DNA of 62,069 nucleotides, filler included, from Deltaproteobacteria bacterium (lineage in GTDB: Bacteria > JACQOV01): NCBI GenBank assembly GCA_016202395.1. It is 5 parts of 5 records of this genome, joined end to end, with 100 filler letters (N's around TTAATTAATTAA, not from the genome) between each part and the next. Parts side by side here need not be neighbours in the genome. Positions count along the whole stretch, not along the records: positions 16,742 to 34,716 come from JACQOV010000042.1; positions 34,817 to 58,048 come from JACQOV010000041.1; 3 more parts are not named here. One strand, written 5' to 3'. A program made the translations under genes and the position numbers. Shown here in pieces: positions 29,577 to 38,177 of this stretch. The notes beneath the pieces were generated by a model that was not told where the DNA came from, did no database searches, and saw nothing but the letters and a program-made list of their open reading frames with translations. The first letter of the stretch is position 1. Each line of letters begins with the position of its first letter.

Positions 29577-32213
29577 TCAATCTTGAGGATGATAAAACAG
29601 CTCATCTGTAAAGGGGGCCTCTTGGTTCACAGCGGCATCGGGGTCTCCAATGTCGGCAATCGTTCCTGTGCTTAGAACGAAAAAGATGTGGTCATCGGCC
29701 GAAACAGGATCCGTGGCTTTCCCTTCCCCTACGCTCACGCTTTCTGCCCCTCCAGCGATATCACAAGATTCATCACAAGTTTCAAAGTTGACGCACCTTA
29801 AGAACGATTGCCCCGTGGTGCAAGAGTTGCTGGCCCCTCCTTCTGGGAGATAAGTGGTGAAATAGAGAACTCCATCGTTGGCCGTCCCCGTTGTGATGAC
29901 CCGTTCTCCTGTCGTGAGGTTAATCTGGCATTCTTTGTCGGCTTGGCCGCAACCGGCAGTGAGTTCATCGTCTCTCAAAATAACGAATTCTTGTTCGTTC
30001 CCTTGGTTTTCAACGGTATCTAAACCGCTTCCAACCATCACAAAGTAATCTCCTGTGGATTCATCTTTTTGAATGGCCGTTGAGGAGACGATCGGTTTAC
30101 TCGAACCAAAGGTGTAGAATCGGCACATTTCCCATTGGGAGGGATCGGAAGAGTTGAGACTAAACTTGTGCAATCGGCCGCCCATGTCTCCCACGTAGCC
30201 CATATCCACCCGTTCGCTATCCTCAGGATTCACGTTGACAAGAACGGGATCGGCCACGAAGGTTGTCCCCGATTCTGTGAAAGAGGTCACCGTTGCTCCA
30301 GTTTTGATATCGACCACAAAGAGGGTTCCATTTCCGCTGGTGGGAGAGTCTCCCGAACCAAAAACAGCGACCCAATGTTCTTCGTTGCTGTAAAAGATTC
30401 TTCCAATAGAGGGGACCGACCATGATTCACCGAGTCTTTGAGAGTCACTGAATTCCCAAAGAAGACGCGGGGTGGCGGGGTCCGTGATATCGAGGGCTGA
30501 ATAGGCCTTTCCGCCCCATCCTTGGCCGACCATTAAAACGGTGCTCCAGCCGGTCGTGCTCCAACTTAGGCTCAGTTTGGCATCATCCGCCTTGGGTGAG
30601 AGATCCACATAGAATTGATGTGTGGCGATTTGATCGTCGAGTTGGCTCAGAAGGCTAGGGGGAACAAACCCCCAGAGTTCCTCGCCTGTCAACGCATCGA
30701 AGGCATGGAGCATTCCATCATTGGCCCCCACGTAAACCACCTGTGGACGTTCGTAATATTGTTGTTTAAAGGATCTGTAGCTGTCCTCGTCAAAAGTGTA
30801 AGGGGGAGGACCCACCACCAGCGGTGTAGAATGGTAAATATCCCCCAGCTTCCAAATGCGATCTTCACTAGAATTTCCATCGAGGTCATCGTCATAGGCA
30901 TCGATACCGCGTAAATAACGGATGAATTTTTTAGTTTGGGTGTATTCGGTATCGTCCGCAATCCCCAAATAGGGATTTAAGGCGGCGGCATTTGCCTCTG
31001 TAAAATCAACACGAGAGTCATTGACCCAAGTGAAGAGAGTTCGATCCGAAGAGGATTTGGCGGAAAGTCGCTCTCCGGCGTCCCATTTCAAAGTCAGAGG
31101 GTCGTTCCGAACAAACTCCCCGGAGTAGGCCGATGTTTCGCTAAAGATCTCGTAGGCCTTTAAAGATCCATTCCAGTTAGGCAATGAAAAACCGGTGACA
31201 AGGAGGGTGTTGTCGGCAATTCGGTTTTTAAGATAGCTTTCGTAAGCGATCGTAGTGATTGTGGGGCTGCTGGCATTGTAATCTCCGGCAATGATCTCGT
31301 TTAAGGTGTGGGTGAGCACCTCCGTGAGTTCCGTGACATCGTCTGCAAAAAGGGGCTCCCCGGTCCCTCCGTTTTGCGCAATGCAGTTGAGGTTGGAGCG
31401 ATATTGTTCGGGAATGGCGAGTCCGACGACATAAGTTTTTACATCGTAAGTTTCGGAGGAGACCTTGACGGTTCTTAAATTCTTGGCCTCTTTGCAAGGA
31501 TCTCCGCTGCAGGTCTCCAGTCCGTCCGTGACTAAAATCACATAACTGCTTCGGCAGACTTTGGATCCATCATTGGGGATGACCGTGTTTTTAAAGTAAT
31601 TCCCCGCGGCCTTCAAAGAAGCGGCCAACGGGGTGGCGCCATCTCCTCGAAGCTCTTTGTTGGTCGGATAAGTCTCTACCCCATCCATCCAGGTCAGGAT
31701 GGAGGAGACCGTGTCGTCCCCAATGTTGACCAAAACTTGAGGAGTATTGTTACTGCTGCAGTTGTAATCGCTCGAGCTGGGGTCTTTGTCTCCGCTATAG
31801 TACAGATCTAATTCTTGACCGCTGGAATTTCGATACCAGTAACCATCGAGGGTTTTGCTAGAGCTTTCCCGTTGGTAATATCGCATCAGGCCATAACGAG
31901 CCGTAGGGATCGATGCAAGAACGGAGGAGATCGCTTGTTTCGCAATGTACATTCGGTTACCGGTGGGATTGAGGCCTGGATAGTCTGCGCTCCCATCTCC
32001 TCCTGTGGCGCATCCTCCCTCGTCTCCATCTTCCCAACATCCGGAGCCGGAAGTTCGGCCAGTCGTGTCGAATGTCATGCTTCCCGAGGTGTCAAAAATA
32101 ATAAGAACGTTAGGGACCGCCGCATTGGTTCCTACATCGTAGAGATAGTTGGCAAAGGAGATTTGGATTCCTAGTAGAAAGATCGCGAAAAATGAAATTT
32201 TAATATATTTCAT
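29577..32213 (-). CDS. pilY1: PilY1/PilC-type pilus tip protein with vWA domain, copy 1
   Basis: Same motifs; directly downstream of the pilX-like gene. Confidence 0.85.
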   Translation of the reverse strand: MKYIKISFFAIFLLGIQISFANYLYDVGTNAAVPNVLIIFDTSGSMTFDTTGRTSGSGCWEDGDEGGCATGGDGSADYPGLNPTGNRMYIAKQAISSVLASIPTARYGLMRYYQRESSSKTLDGYWYRNSSGQELDLYYSGDKDPSSSDYNCSSNNTPQVLVNIGDDTVSSILTWMDGVETYPTNKELRGDGATPLAASLKAAGNYFKNTVIPNDGSKVCRSSYVILVTDGLETCSGDPCKEAKNLRTVKVSSETYDVKTYVVGLAIPEQYRSNLNCIAQNGGTGEPLFADDVTELTEVLTHTLNEIIAGDYNASSPTITTIAYESYLKNRIADNTLLVTGFSLPNWNGSLKAYEIFSETSAYSGEFVRNDPLTLKWDAGERLSAKSSSDRTLFTWVNDSRVDFTEANAAALNPYLGIADDTEYTQTKKFIRYLRGIDAYDDDLDGNSSEDRIWKLGDIYHSTPLVVGPPPYTFDEDSYRSFKQQYYERPQVVYVGANDGMLHAFDALTGEELWGFVPPSLLSQLDDQIATHQFYVDLSPKADDAKLSLSWSTTGWSTVLMVGQGWGGKAYSALDITDPATPRLLWEFSDSQRLGESWSVPSIGRIFYSNEEHWVAVFGSGDSPTSGNGTLFVVDIKTGATVTSFTESGTTFVADPVLVNVNPEDSERVDMGYVGDMGGRLHKFSLNSSDPSQWEMCRFYTFGSSKPIVSSTAIQKDESTGDYFVMVGSGLDTVENQGNEQEFVILRDDELTAGCGQADKECQINLTTGERVITTGTANDGVLYFTTYLPEGGASNSCTTGQSFLRCVNFETCDESCDIAGGAESVSVGEGKATDPVSADDHIFFVLSTGTIADIGDPDAAVNQEAPFTDELFYHPQD

Positions 32214-32218
32214 AACTT

Positions 32219-32872
32219 TTACTCCGTGTTTCCGGAGCCTCCGTGTAATTGTCCTCCGTAACCTTCAAGCCCTCCGGGGTTCCATCGAACCATTGCGGAG
32301 ACCTCGCTTCGAATGCCGTTGGTCGCTTGCCCCACCGAGTAGATTACAATCCGATCCATGTCGAGAGCCCCTCCGTCGTAGACCTTTTTCCCTTGAACGG
32401 TGTAGGTGACGTCTCCTTCCGGCATCGCGATGTCTCGGAGAGGCGCCCCTAAAGAATCCTCAACGTAGCCGCATTGAGTGTCTGTTGCGCTTGCGCAAGG
32501 GTAGGCTATGCCTTGCAGATAAGAGCTATTGTTATCGTCGACGAGCCAGGGGTAATCGGCGATAATCTCTTTGATCGCTCGATCTGTCCCTGCGGTTGCG
32601 GCGTAAAAGGCCTTCAGTTGAGTTCGGGATTGCCCCGCAAGATCGATGTCCGAAGAGGAAAAATAGATCATCATGAGACCGAGGAGGCTTAAGAAAATCA
32701 TGGAGACCATGGCGAGGACTAAGGCGGCCCCCCTTTCCTTACAAACGCAGTAAATGCTGTTATACTTCGTTGCCCTCCCTCGGCGCTCGCTCAGCGTACG
32801 CCACAAAGTACGCTTCGCTCGGCCTCGGTCGGGCGCCTTGTCTAACAGCATTTCTTGCGTTTGTCTTAACAT
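32219..32872 (-). CDS. pilX: PilX-like minor pilin with repeat-expanded leader
   Basis: ERG|AALVLAM hydrophobic segment lacking Glu5, KAFYAA.AG motif; AAGGAG RBS before ATG 32872. Confidence 0.8.
   Translation of the reverse strand: MLRQTQEMLLDKAPDRGRAKRTLWRTLSERRGRATKYNSIYCVCKERGAALVLAMVSMIFLSLLGLMMIYFSSSDIDLAGQSRTQLKAFYAATAGTDRAIKEIIADYPWLVDDNNSSYLQGIAYPCASATDTQCGYVEDSLGAPLRDIAMPEGDVTYTVQGKKVYDGGALDMDRIVIYSVGQATNGIRSEVSAMVRWNPGGLEGYGGQLHGGSGNTE
32741..32864. repeat. 124-bp palindromic element, family A copy 3, inside the pilX coding sequence
   Basis: ACAAACGCAGTAAATGCTGTTA / TAACAGCATTTCTTGCGTTTGT terminal inverted repeats. Confidence 0.9.
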
Positions 32873-32885
32873 CGTACAAGTCTCC

Positions 32886-33563
32886 TTAAAAAAGTAGGTT
32901 GCGCAAAGTCACCGTCGTTTGAATCAATCGAGAATGGGCCGTGCCGTTGGCCGCATTTCCATCTAAATCGATTCCATTTTGGAAATTCAGGTCTTCTTCT
33001 CTCTCCACGATTTCCAAAGTGACATCCACGGTCTGTTGTGCCGCGTTGTAAGCCGTTCTGAATTGCCGAATCCCTTGCGCCACGGTTAATTTAGGACGAT
33101 TCAGGTCGGAAGGGATGTTAAAGCCGTTGTAAGAGAACCCCCCCAATTCCTTGGTGAGGTCTCCAAGCCCTGTCGTGGCGCTGACATTTTCACGCCGATA
33201 AGTGATCCCTTCATCCGCTAGATCGAGCGCTCCGTTGGGGGCTTCTCCCACATCGTCATAATCGCCATCCCTATTGAGATCCTGAAAAGCATCGAGGGTG
33301 AGCTGGAGAATGTTATCTCCGACAGCGACAACCCCAGCGCTCGTGGTTTGTTCAGGATCGAGCCCCGTAATCCGAAGGTCTCTTGTGATCAGTTCTAGAG
33401 AGATTCGCTCGAGCTGTTGGATCTCCGTAACCCGTTCCTGCACTCGTTGATGTCGGTAAGCTCCGAGAAAAGAATTAAAGACGGTGATCACGATGAAGCC
33501 GACCAAGGCCAGCCCGATCATCAATTCAATGAAGCTGAAACCATGTTGTGTTTTAATGACCAT
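32886..33563 (-). CDS. pilW: PilW-like minor pilin
   Basis: HG|FSFIELMIGL prepilin motif, RDLRITG, C-terminal TTVTLRN; alternative GTG start at 33575. Confidence 0.8.
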   Translation of the reverse strand: MVIKTQHGFSFIELMIGLALVGFIVITVFNSFLGAYRHQRVQERVTEIQQLERISLELITRDLRITGLDPEQTTSAGVVAVGDNILQLTLDAFQDLNRDGDYDDVGEAPNGALDLADEGITYRRENVSATTGLGDLTKELGGFSYNGFNIPSDLNRPKLTVAQGIRQFRTAYNAAQQTVDVTLEIVEREEDLNFQNGIDLDGNAANGTAHSRLIQTTVTLRNLLF

Positions 33564-33571
33564 AATAGAGG

Positions 33572-33982
33572 TCACCTCTTTACAATCAGTGTGGACATTT
33601 GCAGTGTCCGCTGCCTTCCATTCTCATCATTAAAATCGATCAGGAGGCCCACTGTTTTTATCCCTGCGCTGGGGGTATTGTCGGCCACGGTCCACCGTCG
33701 AAAATAGTCATCGGTTGTTCCTACCGCTCCATCTTCTTGAATCCAGCCATCGTTTCCGGCGACAATTTGCTCGTAGACCATCCCTTGAAACGTCTCCATT
33801 TTTTGCTGAGCCAAGAAGGTGGCTGTGGTGGTTTTATGAGCAAACCGATTGGCTTGGATCGCTTTGTTGACGAGCGGGAGCAATCCCAGGATTCCCACAC
33901 TCAAGATCACCAGGGCGATCGAGATCTCCGGCAACGTGAATCCTCTGATTTTAGTCTTCCCATGTGCTGCTATTGTAAACAT
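33572..33982 (-). CDS. pilV: PilV-like minor pilin
   Basis: RG|FTLPEISIALVILSVGILG, ATFLAQQKME, FRRWTV. Confidence 0.8.
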   Translation of the reverse strand: MFTIAAHGKTKIRGFTLPEISIALVILSVGILGLLPLVNKAIQANRFAHKTTTATFLAQQKMETFQGMVYEQIVAGNDGWIQEDGAVGTTDDYFRRWTVADNTPSAGIKTVGLLIDFNDENGRQRTLQMSTLIVKR

Positions 33983-34553
33983 AGATCTTCCCCAATGCGA
34001 TCGGTCCGCGAATTGCAACCACGCGAAGTCGATCGGTTCGGTTTGTCAATAAATCATCCGTTGGAATCACGCCAAGAGTTCCGTCCCTGAAGCTTGCGCA
34101 CGTGGAGTCGGTTCCAGCGATTCCATTTCGGCAAAAATAGAGGGTTCCAATCCGAGTGTTGGCGTCGCAAAAAGAGCACTGTATTTGCCCAGGAGCAATC
34201 GTGTCGTAGGGATTGGGAAGAGACGAGATTCCACTGGAAGGGCCAAACGAAACCTCGCTTGGAAGAGCCACACTCTTTAGGGTCGTGGTTCCGTCGGATA
34301 GAGTGTACTGTCGTTGACCCATATCCACGTTGATCTGATAAGTCTTTTGCTGCTTGACCGCGTAACTCCGGGCCTGTCGAACCGTGGTGAGGAACTCTCG
34401 AACCGCTTCATTGGCCTGATATTTGTCTCTATTGGACACGATCGTTCCAATCCCCATTCCAGCCAACACAGTAATAATGCCTAAAACCACGGCGATCTCT
34501 ACGAGAGAGAACCCTTTCTCTCCACCCCTTTCTATGTCTCTTAGCCATTTCAT
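33951..34553 (-). CDS. FimU/FimT-like minor pilin
   Basis: KG|FSLVEIAVVLGII, QARSYAV, F..NG; first gene of the minor pilin operon. Confidence 0.8.
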   Translation of the reverse strand: MKWLRDIERGGEKGFSLVEIAVVLGIITVLAGMGIGTIVSNRDKYQANEAVREFLTTVRQARSYAVKQQKTYQINVDMGQRQYTLSDGTTTLKSVALPSEVSFGPSSGISSLPNPYDTIAPGQIQCSFCDANTRIGTLYFCRNGIAGTDSTCASFRDGTLGVIPTDDLLTNRTDRLRVVAIRGPIALGKIYVYNSSTWED

Positions 34554-34569
34554 CCTAAGCAAGATCTAC

Positions 34570-34585
34570 TGCAAAGAGCATGCCA
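34570..34585 (-). promoter_or_regulatory. Sigma54 promoter of the minor pilin/pilY1 operon
   Basis: TGGCATGCTCTTTGCA on minus strand; IHF-like AAACAATAAGTTA at 34590-34602; GCAAAAAATGC at 34640-34650 as a possible activator site. Confidence 0.8.
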
Positions 34586-34716
34586 AACCTAACTTATTGT
34601 TTTTAAAGTATTTTTAAGTTTAGGAGAGGGTCAAACCACGCAAAAAATGCAGAGTTTTCGCAAGAATGTTCCAAAGTGGAGGATGGGGTCAGTTTTAAGT
34701 TTTTAAGTAACGCTGA

Positions 34717-34816
34717 NNNNNNNNNNNNNNNNNNNNNNNNNNNNNNNNNNNNNNNNNNNNTTAATTAATTAANNNNNNNNNNNNNNNNNNNNNNNNNNNN
34801 NNNNNNNNNNNNNNNN
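34717..34816. other. Artificial contig linker
   Basis: N-run with TTAATTAATTAA. Confidence 0.99.
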
Positions 34817-34925
34817 AAACTGGGGGACGTAGCTGCTTTGCGAAGCCTACAGTGGCTAGGCGAGAAATGCTAGCGAGTTCAGAGACCTACCTCCCTTAGA
34901 CGGGTCAAAATCTCGTGGGTGAGAC
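34817..34925. repeat. Family B palindromic element, partial, at contig start
   Basis: Near-identical to the reverse complement of 8678-8784. Confidence 0.88.
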
Positions 34926-34975
34926 AAAAAATATCTCAGCGAGAAATGCTGAGTGAGACCAAGAGCCCAAGTGGT

Positions 34976-35491
34976 TCAATATTGAAGCAGAGAGTGAACG
35001 GGATGGGAGCCCACTTTTTTCCGTCCTTGAAGCGCTGTTAGCTCAATCACAAAGGCGCAAGCCACAATATGCCCCCCGGAACGTTGCACCAAATCAATGG
35101 CGGCGTGCGCGGTCCCCCCCGTTGCCAAAAGATCGTCCGCGATTAAAACCCTTTGCCCTGGAGCAACCGCGTCCACATGCATCTCGACGGAATCATTTCC
35201 ATATTCCAGTTCGTACTCGGCTTTGTAAGTTTTATAAGGCAATTTCCCTTTTTTGCGAACCAACGATAGACCGGTGCAGAGCTTGTAAGCAACGGCAGAG
35301 GCAATGATAAACCCCCGAGCGTCGATTCCCAAAACGCGATCGATCTTTTGATCACAAAAGGGATGGGCCAGCAGATCGATCGCTCTTTGAAAAGACTTGG
35401 CATCCGCCAAGAGTGTCGTAATATCGTAGAAAAGGATCCCCTTTTTAGGGTAATCCGGGACCTCTCGAATGATACGCTTTAAATCCTCCAT
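34976..35491 (-). CDS. apt: Adenine phosphoribosyltransferase
   Basis: PDYPKKGILFYDITTLL, RKKGKLP, ELEYG, IADDLLATGGT; GGAGGAG RBS. Confidence 0.97.
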   Translation of the reverse strand: MEDLKRIIREVPDYPKKGILFYDITTLLADAKSFQRAIDLLAHPFCDQKIDRVLGIDARGFIIASAVAYKLCTGLSLVRKKGKLPYKTYKAEYELEYGNDSVEMHVDAVAPGQRVLIADDLLATGGTAHAAIDLVQRSGGHIVACAFVIELTALQGRKKVGSHPVHSLLQY

Positions 35492-35508
35492 GTACTCTCC
35501 TCCTGACT

Positions 35509-35652
35509 CCGTTCCTAAATTCGCCTCCAATTGTACTTATCAGTCCCACGGGTGGCCTTCCGCGGGGGCCCCCCAGGCGCGCGGACAATGGAGCACGCCT
35601 GGGGGAAGCGGAAGGACAGGACCCATGGGACTATGAGCGAATTTAGGAACGG
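35509..35652. repeat. 144-bp multi-stem palindromic element
   Basis: Perfect 16-bp terminal inverted repeat CCGTTCCTAAATTCGC / GCGAATTTAGGAACGG with three nested stems. Confidence 0.8.
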
Positions 35653-36354
35653 TCATTTTTTTAAATAAAGCAACGGGTCCACAGGTTTGTTTGCCTTTCG
35701 AACCTCGAAATGGAGGTGGGGGCCAGAAGCCCGGCCGGTCTGGCCGATTCGAGCAACGGTTTGCCCCGCTTTTACTTTTTCCCCCCTTTTTCCAAGGTTC
35801 ACTTTGTTATGAGCGTAAACCGTTGCAAAATAGCCTTTATGACGAATGATAATCAAGTTTCCGTAACCTCGAATCTTGTTGTCACTGTACAAAATCTCTC
35901 CCGCCGCCGAGGCCACAATCGGTTTCCCTTCTGAAGCGACAATATCGATTCCATCGTGCCGACCGTCCCCTCTTTTCCCAAAGTAAGAACTAATTCGTCC
36001 TTTCACCGGCCAAATAAACATCCCTCGAGTAACGGTGTCCCGAACCTTTTCGGGATGTCGATAGGCCTCTTCCTCAGGATCGCCTTTCCCACGAGCAGGC
36101 CCCACTTTTTTCGGATAGGAGGCTCCTGGAATAAAAATCTTCTGCCCCACATGCAGATTCGAGGGATCCTTCAATTCGTTCATGAGAGCTAGCTCCTCGG
36201 GACTCACTCCATAAGTTTTTGCGATTCGATGGAGGCTCTCCCCTTTTTCCACACGATGATAAATGCCATAAGGAGATCCGCAAGAGCCAAGGAAAACTCC
36301 GAGGATCCAGAGGAGGATCGTAGGGAAAGTTAATCTTTTCAAAATTCCAAACAA
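35653..36354 (-). CDS. NlpD-like lipoprotein (LysM plus M23 peptidase)
   Basis: Lipobox LGSC, HRVEKGESL LysM, HDGID, YAHN, GPHLHFE. Confidence 0.9.
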   Translation of the reverse strand: MFGILKRLTFPTILLWILGVFLGSCGSPYGIYHRVEKGESLHRIAKTYGVSPEELALMNELKDPSNLHVGQKIFIPGASYPKKVGPARGKGDPEEEAYRHPEKVRDTVTRGMFIWPVKGRISSYFGKRGDGRHDGIDIVASEGKPIVASAAGEILYSDNKIRGYGNLIIIRHKGYFATVYAHNKVNLGKRGEKVKAGQTVARIGQTGRASGPHLHFEVRKANKPVDPLLYLKK

Positions 36355-36375
36355 AGATTGAGGCGCCCTTGAGTT

Positions 36376-37017
36376 TTACAAAACCCATCGCACTAAAAGG
36401 AATCCTAGAATCAGCAGCGCAATAATCCCGAAAGTAATCCAGTTGAAATAACGCTCTAAAATCACTTTGGCTCGTTCCCCACAAAAATAGATAAACGCTG
36501 CCACTAAAAAGAAACGTCCTCCCCTCCCAATCAGAGACGCCGTGAAAAAGGGGACAAGACTAATTGAACAGGCTCCTGCGGCAATTGTGAAAATCTTGTA
36601 AGGGATTGGAGTAAACGCCGCTGTTAGAACGATCCAGGCGTCATAACGCACATAGAGGTCTCGGATCTGGTCGAATCGATTTCCCATCCCGTACCACTCC
36701 AGGATGGTGCGACCGATCCAATCCATAAAACTATAGCCGATAAGATATCCGATGCCTCCACCGATGACAGAACCGATGGTGCAAATCAACGCGAAATAGA
36801 AAGAGCGTCTTGTGAGCGAGAAACAGATTGCAATGAGAAGAACATCGGGAGGGATTGGAAAAAACGAGGACTCCGCAACCGCCAAAATAAAAAGCGCCAC
36901 TACCGCTTGAGGATGCTTTCCCCATTGTAAAACCCAATCATAGAGTTTTCTTAAAATATTCTTTGAGCTCGATTGAACGGGCGCCTCTTTTTTTACCGGA
37001 ATCGCTAAATCTTCCAT
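36376..37017 (-). CDS. YqaA/DedA-family membrane protein
   Basis: AESSFFPIPPDVLL, FTPIPYKIFTIAAG, GRGGRFF. Confidence 0.9.
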   Translation of the reverse strand: MEDLAIPVKKEAPVQSSSKNILRKLYDWVLQWGKHPQAVVALFILAVAESSFFPIPPDVLLIAICFSLTRRSFYFALICTIGSVIGGGIGYLIGYSFMDWIGRTILEWYGMGNRFDQIRDLYVRYDAWIVLTAAFTPIPYKIFTIAAGACSISLVPFFTASLIGRGGRFFLVAAFIYFCGERAKVILERYFNWITFGIIALLILGFLLVRWVL

Positions 37018-37757
37018 TGTCTCAGCTCATCTAAAAATGCGTAGTCCGTAAGATCTAAGTGAATGGGTGTGATGGAGATATATCTCTTTCGAATGGCTGC
37101 CATGTCGGAAGCTCCGTCCGGTTTATATTTGAGCTCATCTCCGCCGATCCAGTAATATTTCTTGCCTCGAGGATCGATCTTTTCAGTGATGACCTCTTCG
37201 TACACCCGTTTCCCCTGTTGCGTCACCGTATAACCTAAGATTCGTTTCGCGGGCAGGCTGGGAACATTCACATTCAGCAGAGTTTCTTTGGGAAGGCCGT
37301 TTTCAAGGATGGCTCGGGCCACTCGCCTGGCGAAGGAAGTCGCCGCCCCAAAATCGAAATCGTTTCGCCCCATCACAGAAATCGCAAAAGAAGGGATCCC
37401 CAAAAGAGTCCCCTCCATGGCAGCGGAAACGGTTCCAGAATAAGTGACATCATCGCCAATGTTCCCCCCTTTATTAATTCCGGAAATGAGGAGGGCGGGT
37501 TTTCGAGGAAGGATGGTATTAATGGCTAAATTCACACAGTCCGTTGGCGTTCCGTTAACGGCATACCCCCTCTCTCCTCGACGGTGAATGCGCAAAGGGC
37601 GGTGAAGGGTGAGGGAATGGCTCACGGTGCTTTGATCCCGATCGGGGGCCACAATGTAGAGGGTTCCTAAAGGGCGGATGGCTTTTTCCAAAGCTTTTAG
37701 CCCTCCTGAATAGATTCCGTCGTCGTTGCAAAGAAGGATTAAAGGTTCTTTTTTCAT
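37005..37757 (-). CDS. surE: 5'/3'-nucleotidase SurE
   Basis: [26 protein letters not shown]. Confidence 0.97.
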   Translation of the reverse strand: MKKEPLILLCNDDGIYSGGLKALEKAIRPLGTLYIVAPDRDQSTVSHSLTLHRPLRIHRRGERGYAVNGTPTDCVNLAINTILPRKPALLISGINKGGNIGDDVTYSGTVSAAMEGTLLGIPSFAISVMGRNDFDFGAATSFARRVARAILENGLPKETLLNVNVPSLPAKRILGYTVTQQGKRVYEEVITEKIDPRGKKYYWIGGDELKYKPDGASDMAAIRKRYISITPIHLDLTDYAFLDELRQWKI

Positions 37758-37781
37758 ATTCGAGGGCACCTTTTAAAAAAA

Positions 37782-37855
37782 TCGGGGCGAGCCGATTTGA
37801 ACGGCCGACCACTCGCACCCCAAGCGAGTGCGCTACCAGGCTGCGCTACGCCCCG
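37782..37855 (-). tRNA. tRNA-Pro(GGG)
   Basis: CGGGGCG acceptor stem, CTCGC-TTGGGGT-GCGAG anticodon arm, GTTCAAATC T-loop; CCA not encoded. Confidence 0.95.
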
Positions 37856-37880
37856 TGATCATTTTAGGGTTAGGACAACC

Positions 37881-38177
37881 CTAAGTCCTATTCTCTAAGC
37901 CCTGAGAGTTCACTGCTTTCTTAAGAACTTGGCTCGGCTTAAATGTTAAAACTTTTCGAGCGGAGATCTCAATCTCCTGCCCTGTTTGTGGATTTCTCCC
38001 AATCCGAGGCCTTTTGTTCCGAATCACGAAATTCCCAAAGCCAGAGATCTTGATCTTGGCTCCCGCCTCCAATGCCACTTTTATCGTCCCAAAGATCAGT
38101 TCCACTACATCCGAGGATTCTTTTTTCGAGAGCCCTGTTTTTTCGTGTATTCGATCAATGATGTCGATCTTCGTCAT
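37881..38177 (-). CDS. ihfA: Integration host factor alpha
   Basis: [24 protein letters not shown]; after pheT. Confidence 0.92.
   Translation of the reverse strand: MTKIDIIDRIHEKTGLSKKESSDVVELIFGTIKVALEAGAKIKISGFGNFVIRNKRPRIGRNPQTGQEIEISARKVLTFKPSQVLKKAVNSQGLENRT

Noticed and set aside
24230-32213. Diversity-generating retroelement or invertible shufflon acting on pilY1
   Set aside because: No reverse transcriptase or recombinase in the window; all copies are intact and co-oriented; differences are not adenine-specific.
33940-33963. Frameshift in the pilV leader (out-of-frame ATG GGA AGA CTA)
   Set aside because: An in-frame ATG at 33982 gives an intact prepilin, so no frameshift is needed.
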